In this document: piece after piece, positions 1 to 10,100 of the stretch
Layout: each line of letters opens with the position of its first letter
Numbering within the stretch: position 1 is the stretch's first letter
NCBI RefSeq assembly: GCF_002113885.1
Contig: NW_018404083.1
Coordinates: 69,102-133,101 of the forward strand
Direction of reading: 5' to 3'
Length of the DNA stretch: 64,000 bases
Source of the DNA: Mizuhopecten yessoensis
Taxonomy: Eukaryota
Position numbers and translations under genes: made by a program
Notes under the pieces: model-generated
The model's database searches: none
What the model saw: the letters and a program-made list of their open reading frames with translations, nothing else
Told to the model about the DNA's origin: nothing

Positions 1-1091
1 TCCGGTATTTTGTAACCATTCCTGATTTACAAAATCTAGGACCTCGCTGAATTATAAGTAACACACTTAATTTGACGAGTATCAAAGTGAAGCCCTTGCG
101 AGTAATCTCAAAAACGATATCGATCCGGCATTGTAAAGCTTACAATTTTGTATGTATTGTTATAGTCGTTTGTTAAGAAAATCAATAAATAAAGATACGA
201 AACGAAAGACAGTAATAAAACTTGAAATACCGAAAGTCAGAAGAGTTTTCCTTTTGCGACTGACCTTTAACGTGACGGCCGATGTTCTATTCCTGTGGCA
301 CTCATTTCAAATATAGATGATTTAAATCTGCATGTTGTCATTGATATAAATCTTCTGCTCATAGGAAATGAAATGAAAATCTGTCGGTAGAAGTAAACAC
401 TTCAATTTTTAGAAATGTGCAAAAGTACATAAAATTGAGCCAAAGGTTTAGTCAATGTGATATGGCATTAACTCATCACATGTGTATCTGTCGTGTTATT
501 TCCTTTATTGTATGAAAAAATGGTATTCATTGTGATAAAATTATGCTATTTCTCAATTTACGTAAACTTTATTGTGGAGAGGGCCTTTGTAATGTTGATA
601 TAACATGTGCCTAATCCGTTTGCTTCATTTATGCAATAAAACATGTTTAGATCAACCCAATTCAAGAAATATTTGCATTGCTCGGAATTTAATTGTCGGC
701 ATAAACTCGCGTTCACTAGCTAAGATCGAAAAGTGAACACTGCCAATGCATTTTAATTTTTGTCACACTATAAAATGCTATTTAAACATCATTGATAACG
801 CAAAAAAATCGATATCAGAATTTTTTAAACAAAACTTAAACGTGAAACTTAACACTTTTAAAACAGTTTCTCGGTAAGGTTTTAGGCTAACTCATAGCCA
901 TGGAACCATTGCCCCGATGCAAATCTTCGTCTAACACCGCAACAGAGGACGCCCATTGTAGAAGGAACTAAATGTCTTAAAAGACTTTTAAAATCACTTC
1001 GCATAACACAAATACGCACAGACTTTATGCAGAATTTAGTAGCATGCTCACTGAACAACAACGACATCCATTTTTACCTCCCCTTGTTTTA

Positions 1092-1145
1092 TGACGTCGC
1101 GGCTATCGACACGTGACTTTTGGTGGGTTGCTAAGGCGCCATTTT
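1092..1145 (+). promoter_or_regulatory. CpG-rich proximal promoter of gene 1 with CRE-like, E-box, X-box-like and YY1-like motifs
   Basis: TGACGTC 1092-1098, CACGTGAC 1110-1117, GTTGCTAAGGCGCC 1127-1140 and GCCATTTT 1138-1145 are packed 20-75 nt upstream of ATG 1165 in otherwise CpG-poor DNA. Confidence 0.45.
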
Positions 1146-1164
1146 CGACGCCGGTTAATCAATC

Positions 1165-4100
1165 ATGGAGCCGACACCGGCGAGTCCACCCAAGAAAAGA
1201 GGATGTAGAATTCGTATACTGAAGGAAGATACAATTGACAATCTTATCAAGGGACGCTGGTAAGTTACGTATTATTTTAAAATGAATATTTCAATGTAAA
1301 ACCGCCTGAGAGACATTTTATTTACTTGCCAGACTCGGTATCAGTCAATCAGCTGATCACATGAAACTGAAATTCAGTTCATAAGTAGACAGCCCAAATA
1401 ATCAACAACCAAAACAATTTGTATTGATAGGCCTATCTCAATATCAGGTTTTATCTGTGTTCGGATATATCAGTTCGGAAACGAACTCCCCTGTCCTTGC
1501 GGTGAAATTGAACCATTCAAACTTCACTCTTAGGCTACGAGTGACAGTTGCTTATTGCCTCAAAAATCAATTCCTTACATAGGCCTAACAGTTACTGTAG
1601 AGTCGTCTTATGACTATATATTATTATGTAAGTTGTTCGAGCTGAAGCAATTTTATGGAAGAAAAAACTTTGCTAGGAATTTGTTTTTAGAGGCCTACTC
1701 TGTTAGACTACCATGTAGGTACACGTACCTATCTCGAATAAAAATGTTTTCCTTTTTTCTGTCTATCACCTTCGTGATAGATAACTATGCCTACTTTCTC
1801 TTCATTTTGTCAACAATGTTTAATAGGACACATGATGGACGTAGGAACTTAGGAAGTTACTTGCCTCTATGCCCAATTTATATACAATCTAATTTAAAAA
1901 TCTTAAAATTACTCCGGCTGGTGGATTTGTAGCCAGCTAGGTGATAAAGTTTCAGTTAAGGGTGTTTCAAAGGATTGTCCTAACTAATTTCAAATATACC
2001 AACACTTCTATAGCCAAATGAATGTTTCCTAATATATAATTAACAATATTTGTTTCCTTATATTTTTTTTTGTATGCCCTTTCTGGATGTTGATTTTTGA
2101 TCAAAGATTCCAGCAGTATCTTTGTTGTCATGAATATTTAAGCATTGAACAGTTTTCAGTTGGCATACATATCGCCTATGAATGACAACTGAAAGCAGTA
2201 CTTATATTTACCATTTTTCGAATCTGTTCATCTCACAAAAAAAATCGATTACACTTATTATTATTCAGCATTCAATTCAAATAATGTATGTATCGTGTAT
2301 GCTTGTCCAATGAATAGAGCAGCCATCGCCCGGGAGGGTCAGTAGTATCCAACGAAACAATTATGACGTCATAATAATGATGACGTCAACAATCGGTCGA
2401 TGAAATTCATAGCCTATATGAATGCCAACTGAATTTGGTAGGGTTATATAGTGGCAGTGCCATTCGATGGTAAATATTGTTGTTTGATCTGTTTCAGTAT
2501 AGCTGTGCAGATTAAACGGCTCATTAAGGACAGACAGTGGTGTGAATCATTCCAGCTTCAACTTATGGTAAAACAGAATCGTCATAGTACTTCGAAAATA
2601 TTGGATGAGGGTAAGTTTATGTATATATTCCGTCTTTGCGTATTGCAGAGTTGTCTTTTCTTGTGAGCAGGTATTGATTGTTACGACATTGGTTTGTGTG
2701 AGAAAATAACGTCGTCTCTCAAAAATAGATGACGTAACTCTCACAAACCAATGACGTAACAATCAATACCTGCTCACAAGAGAAGATAACTCTGCAATAC
2801 GCAAAGACGGAATATGTGTTCTTGATGAATATAGGTCATCCGTTCGAACGTCGTCCATTCAATTCAAATTGTTTCAATTGTTAATATGAACAAACTTAAT
2901 TACAATAATTACGCAAGAAATATAACAATACATGTATTAACAAAGGGATACGACAACATTCGTCAACTTTCTCTTTAAAACGCTACTTACAGTTAAACTT
3001 CTGCTGGGGAAGTAAATTGTTTACAAATTAACTTAGAATGAAACTATACGGTTTATAAGTATATACAATATCTATTTACATCTCTCAGATTAATAATGTT
3101 CATATAAAGAATGGAATCGGAAATTCTGAATAAATTTTCTACTAAATCACGTCCTCATGAAATAAAATGTAGCGACATCTGGGATAATCCTGGGGTGGCC
3201 ATGGGGCCATTGACCCCTCAAAACTGAAATTGACCCCTCCATGTTCCAACTTTCTTTTAATTTTACATAGAATGGCCTTTCTGAATTTTGATTTTGATTA
3301 AAAATTGCTGAAATGGCCCACTTCTCTCAAATTACAGGATCTTCCCTGGTCTTAAAAACATGAAATTTAATCAAGATATTAAAGAACAAAGCTTCACAGT
3401 TCACAGCATAAAGATATCTGATAACGATTCATATTTTCTGTATCATTCACAGCGTCAAATTACCCATTGTTCGGGGGTTTCAAGAAGCAATACGAGGCTT
3501 ACTTAGAGAGGTCTGTTATCCGCCAGCAAGACATCGTGACTGGGTTAGGTCACGGAGAGGGACCATACGAAATGGTGAAAAGGTAAGATTTATCAAAACC
3601 TCGATAACGTTACAAAACAGTGTGATATAAAAATTAATGTTTTAACTTCGTTATTCCGTCTTTGCATATTGCAGAGTTATCTTTTCTTCGGAGCAGGTAT
3701 TGATTTTTACGTCATTTGTTTGTGAGAGTTACGTCATCAATTTTTGAGAAAACAACGTAATTTTCTCACACAAACCAATGACGTAACAATCAATACCTGC
3801 TCCCAAGAGAAGATAACTCTGCAATACGCAAAGACGGAAAGGAGCCTGTTAACACTAGGTCTGCAACGATATATCGTTCGACGCTATATATTGAATACGG
3901 TACGATACACAATATTTTTTGGGGAGGTAACGATACACCTACGATATTTTCCGGATTTTGTCGTTTCTGAATTCAGTCTACTCATATCGGTTCCAACACG
4001 GCGAGTGATAGATTCAGCTTAGCTTGCGCGTCAAAAGACTTGAATTGTGTGAAACTTAAAAACCATGCCCATTCTGGACTAAGTCTATTTCCAGTTGACC

Positions 4101-7100
4101 ACTGTATCGTGATACGTATCGTATTGTGACCACAGTATCGTGATACGTATCATATTGTTACCACATTATCGTGATACGTATCGTATTGTGACCACAGTAT
4201 CGTGATACGGATCGAATTGTGACCACAGTATCGTTATACGTATCGTATTGTGACCACAGTATCGTGATACGTATTGTAGTGTGACCACAGTATCGTGATA
4301 CGTATCGTATTGTGAAAACATTATCGTTATAGTATCGTAGTGTGACCACAGTATCGTGATACGTATCGTATTGTGACCCCAGTATCGTGATACGTATCGT
4401 TGTGTGACCACAGGATCGTGATACGTATCGTAGTGGGACCATAGTATCGTGATACGTATCGGATTGTGACCACAGTATCGTGATAAGTATCGAAGCGTGA
4501 CCACAGTATCGGGATACGTATCGTAGTGTGACCACAGTATCGTGATACGTATCGTAGTGTGACCACAGTATCGTGATACGTATCGAAGCGTGACCACAGT
4601 ATCGTGATACGTATCGTAGTGTGACCATAGTATCGTGATACGTATCGTATTGTGACCACAGTATCGTGATACGTATCGTATTGTGACCACATTATCGTGA
4701 TACGTATCGTATTGTGACCACAGTATCGTGATACATAGCATATCGTCATATTAATGTATTGTTGCAGCTCTAGTAAATATCTCATTTTTGTTTGTTTTTT
4801 GTTTTAGCTCATTATATTGCATTATTTTTTTTCAATTTACATTCTCCAATTAGGTATGAAAGTGCGTGCAATATCGTTATTGTAATTAATATTTCCATAC
4901 ATCTTTTTGTTGAAACATATAGTTGGTTGGATGATCCTACAACAAAAACGAAGCCGGAAGAATTGAAAAAGCAATATTCCAACTTACGCGATGACCATGC
5001 CAGCAAAATCACTCTTCTGAAAAAGGAGGAAAAGGTAAACATTTCTAGTTTTGACACTGTTGATCAAGCAACGGGAGGTAACTCGTAGTACATATACTAC
5101 TTTGTAAGTGCTAACTACTGTTGCTAAATTTTACATTGCTACGAGAGACGACATGTGAAGGTAAGGTTCGATGAACTGTTAGGATGTAAAACGAGACATG
5201 TATGCATTCGAAATGTGAAACCCGTCGCCATTATATGATGCACGCAACAAATGTTACGAACTAACTTAGCTAGGATGCTATCAAAAAACGACCCCACATT
5301 TACACTACACTGTATGATTCAAATGACGCGAGAGGAATCCCCGAATCGATTTTAAACGGCTCTGAATAAAAAATGATATTTGAAATAAAATAATATTGTG
5401 GGGATTTTTCTTCTTCTAGAAATATGACTGTCTATGTCATGTGTCTAACGTTATATGAATTACATCTTATGTTTAGGTATGTATCATAACCTAAGTTATT
5501 TAATTAAACTAAAAAGTGAATTATTTTATTTTTAACTAGACGCTGGCAAAGATATGTGAACAATTAACATCTTGTCAGAAGAAATTGAGAAATGTTCAAA
5601 CCGCCCTGCGGGTCACGTTTGGTTTGGACGTAGATGTATCAGCCCGTGAGATTAAAGAACACAGAACTCTCAGAAACCTGGAAAAGGAATTGATCAGTCG
5701 TCTTGACAAATCTCTGAGACAGTGCCAGGCGATGATGATAGAGGAAAACGAAAGTCGAAAACAGCTCCAAAAGGTACAATGTATTCAAATAATGTAAACG
5801 TCATGGTTCAAAGAACTAGAACACTTCTATTTCAGAAGTATCTAATCAAAACATACGTTTTTCCATTTCTACTAATGTCATATGACGTTATTTTCATTTA
5901 CTTACATCCCAACTAATGTCATATGACGTTATTTTCATTTACTTACATCCCAACTAATGTCATATGACATTAATGCACTCCATTCCATTCTCACTGGTGT
6001 CATATGACATCGATATATCGCCCACTTCTGTCTTTAGTGTCACATCGTATGACATACATGTATCGCTTATTTTTATCTCCACTGACTTTATATGACATTA
6101 GTGTACCCCTTCCATCCAGTCTCATGACCTATGATGTGATATATCACCCACTTCTATCCTCACTGATGGTATATATGGCATTAATGAATCGCTCCATTTC
6201 ATCACTACTGATGTCATATGACAGTGACAACCTGTTTTGGGTGACAGTGGCAGCCTGTTTTGGGTGACAGTGACAACCTGTTTTGGGCTACAGTGCCAAC
6301 CTGTTTTTGGTGACAATGAAAACATGTTTCGGGTAACAGTGCCAACCTGTTTTTGGTGACAATGCCAACATGTTTTGGGTGACAGTGACAACCTGTTTTG
6401 GGTGACAATGACAATCTGTTTAGGGTGACAATGACAACCTGTTTTGGACGACAGTGACAACCTGTTTTGGGTGACAATGAAAACCTGTTTTTGGTGAAGG
6501 TGACAACCTGTTTTTGGTAACAATGACAACCTGTTTTGGGTGACAGTGACAACCTGTTTTGGTTTACAGTGACAACCTGTTTTGGGTTACAGTGCCAACA
6601 TGTTTTGGGTGATAACTGACAATGACAACCTGTCTTGGTTACAGTGACAACCTGTTTTTGACAAAAGTGCCTACCCGTTTTTGGTGACAATGACAACACG
6701 TTTTGGGCGACAATGAAAACCTGTTTTGGGTGACAATGAAAACCTGTTTTGGGTGACAATGAAAACCTGTCTTTGGTAACAATGACCACCTGTTTAGGAT
6801 TTACAGTGACAACCTATTTTGGGTGACAGTGACAACCTGTTTTGGGTGACAGTGACAACCTGTTGATAAGCGACAGGCTATGCGGGAACCTGTTTAATGA
6901 TCATTGTCCAACTGGACTGTATTTTCCCCATACACTGTTAACTCTCCTTAACTAACATTTGAAAATAACAGTAGCACAGCCCTTCTTCTTCTTCCAATAA
7001 TCTGCATACCACCGCTGGTGTACAATGACCAGGAAGCTCAAAACGATTATAGCCATAACATAACAATCTGAAGTCCAGGTTCGAATACCCGCCTAGCCCC

Positions 7101-10100
7101 ACTGGATTTTCACACTCAGAACAGTGCTGTTGATTGTATTTTGTTTATTTCATCTCTGGGTTTTATCTCATAGAATTCAAAACCCCGCAAAGTATGACGT
7201 TCTTTTCAGAAGTGTTTTATCAAAGGTATTGTTCGGCAACCGGAGAAAAAAAGGTGTCCAGTACTTAGTTACATTTTTTGGTGGTAGTACGGGGACCCTT
7301 AAGAATTTTGTTACGATATTTTCCAGTTTAAATTACAAGTATCTTTATGTGACAAAATAATGCTATTACGTAAATATCAAGTGGATTTTGAATTTGTCAG
7401 GTGGCGAGAAAATATCCATAGACACGTCTGTATATATATGTTATAGGGTATGGCAAGGATAGCGGCCGAGGTGGAAAGTTTTGATAAAGAACGAGTGAAA
7501 GCTTGCAACGCTGCCATGAACTGTTTTGTACGGGTCTTAAATCAACATGAAATGCAAAGGTATGATTTTAGATATTTCTTACTTCTTTCTTTGATCTTCA
7601 CCTCAAATATAATATGTATCCGGATTATATTAATTGGACTGCATCTTTACAAAAGCTCAAGCTTTGTATATGACTTCTGTAAATCGTTACAAGGATTTAT
7701 TTTTCTAATTTTAGCCCTAACCCAAATCCCCCTTCCCGCCACACAGTAGGGAAGTATACTTGAATTGGGTTGTCCGCCCTTCTTTCTGTAAACACAATCT
7801 TTTGAATGTCCATACAGATTCTTCTACAGTTGTTTAAGCCATTTAATTAAAATCAACTGATGTAGTCAAAACGCTATGAAACTGTACACCTGTAATTAAC
7901 ACTTAAAGGTTAATTTAGCAGGAATGATAGATATATGTGGAAGAACGATGTTTTTACCCAGACAGTTTCGCTGACATTCTGCCAGCTTGGTCACTGGTGA
8001 CGTTCGTGATGTAGGAGTTAGTTACGAACGTCACCAGTGATCAAGCTGGCAGAATGTCAGCGAAACTGTCTGGACGTATACCTACAATTAACATTTAGAA
8101 CCGAATACTTTCGTAAGAGTTATGTCCCTTTATTTATAGATCTTCTTCAGAGGGGGTACCGATATTTCTAAAGCCCATTGCTAAGAGTTCTGTTTGCTTA
8201 TAATTCTTTCAATTGACATGGCATTTCATCATGTTTCCGTCTTGTAAAATCTTAATTATGTTTCACTTATATATGTTTCAGAACTGAAAAAACGCGAGCG
8301 AAGTGTGACCTTTTAGCAACAATATCTCCAACATTCATGGCCTCCCCAAACGTGTCGCTGAATAACAAAGATACTGCCTTTATCTACAGGTTCCCAGATT
8401 TTGCAGTAAGTAAGAACCAAGACGTTTTAATAACTTTCCTAATTCTTAAAATTTTATTTGAGTTCAGAACTTGAAATGTCAATTATAGAAGAAAACGTAA
8501 ATGAAAAAATTCGTTTCGATTTTCAAATAAGAAATGGCGGTTCAATGGCGGAAATTATAATTTCACATTTTTCTGAAAAAATTGAGAAGGTATATTGAAT
8601 TATTTTGACAGGTTTGGATGAGAGGAATAGTATAGTTTGATAAGTAACATAAGTCTAGTTCAGTGAAGCAGTGTGTCAGATTAGACAAGTTGCAATAAGT
8701 AATATACAAAGGCCTGGTCCAATTAGGCAGGGTGTCGGAATAGAAAAGTTTGGATAATAATTATTCCAGGGCTTCATAGAAAAGTTTGGGACAAAGAAAA
8801 ATTTCACTGTACCAAATTTTTTCTTTTTTTTTTTGAAAGTGTGCAAAAATGATATAAGGCCAATATAAAAAATACAAGTGTTTCCTATTTCTTTTATGTT
8901 ACCTACCTTCACTCTTAGTCCCAAATGAATATGAAACACGTGTATAATTTTATTTCGCTTAATCTCATATACTATTTTGAAACACAGATTTCAGTTTAAC
9001 ACGCCATCAAATGTAACATTATTAGAACTGGGGTTATACTAACTGTTATTCTATAGCTATTTTGTATTTTTATCAGACATGTCTTCCTCACTCCCGAATC
9101 ATTAAACAAACCCGCTAGGAATTGGTAAACACTTTTGGTTACCCACTAGCGGGTAACACCCTTGACGTTATTTCATTGGTCAATCTTCTAGTTATGACGT
9201 CAAGTAACAATGCTTTGTGACGTCATCTTTCATTCACGGTGACGTCATAGTTCATGGCAATTGTTTCTCCCATCGGAAACAGGAATAATGTGTTCCCACG
9301 AGCAACCTGTGGTTTTCTAGGTAAAATATCTGTACGTTGTGGGAGAGAAAGGGTCTCCAAACTTTTGATGGTTGATTATCATGTTTATCTAACTCTCGTT
9401 AGTAAATCTTCAAATAGTAATAGACACTCGGTAATCATCAATCCTCGATATTCAGGGGTTACGCTCACTTTCGCTCTCTACACCCCTGGAATATGTCATA
9501 GCAAAAATGAAGGCAAGCGGCAAGCTATTTGATTGGTGTCAGGTAAAAAGACCCTGACCAATCACTAGTCTGATACTTGCCCTTTGGAGATTACAAAGGA
9601 GCGACGCCCGACATTTTTTTACCGTTACGCGGCCGCGAGATTCTTTTGATGTACATCAAAGCACCAAACTAGTCTTCTCGTCTCATCCACAAGGAACTGC
9701 ACACTGAGCCTTCAATTTTGCTTTGACATATTCCAGGGGAGTAGAGAGCGAAAGTGAGCGTAACCCCTGGACATCGAGGATAGTAATCATCGTATCTTTA
9801 TAGAATTTGAAAGCTTTATACAATTTGAAAGTTAGCTAGACAAACATAGCAACCGACCATCACTCGTTGGGGACTCTCTTTGTACCTGTGTCATTGCATA
9901 GGTTCAAACTGGTGTGGGCATGACTAAATATGTATACTTTGTATAGAAAATTAACTAACTTGATTTGCGTTACGTTGGTACTAATGCTGCAATCTATAAT
10001 ATTGTTTTTGCGTCGCTTAAAAGAGTCTTGCTTCAATTAAGCTTCTGAAACTAGGTCAAAATTCTAAAGATTTTTTTTTTATTTTTTTTATTTTTTCATG

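Noticed and set aside
882-1067. 61-aa minus-strand ORF upstream of gene 1
   Set aside because: No recognisable domain and no splice partner could be placed. It may be UTR of a divergent gene.
4097-4735. CRISPR-like look of the regularly spaced 31-bp palindromic repeats (also 6219-6865)
   Set aside because: Units are head-to-tail with no unique spacers, there are no cas genes, and the context is a eukaryotic intron. These are minisatellites.
4158-6789. Long repetitive minus-strand ORFs (135-191 aa)
   Set aside because: They are translations of the 31-bp and 23-bp arrays cycling through frames, with no coding evidence.
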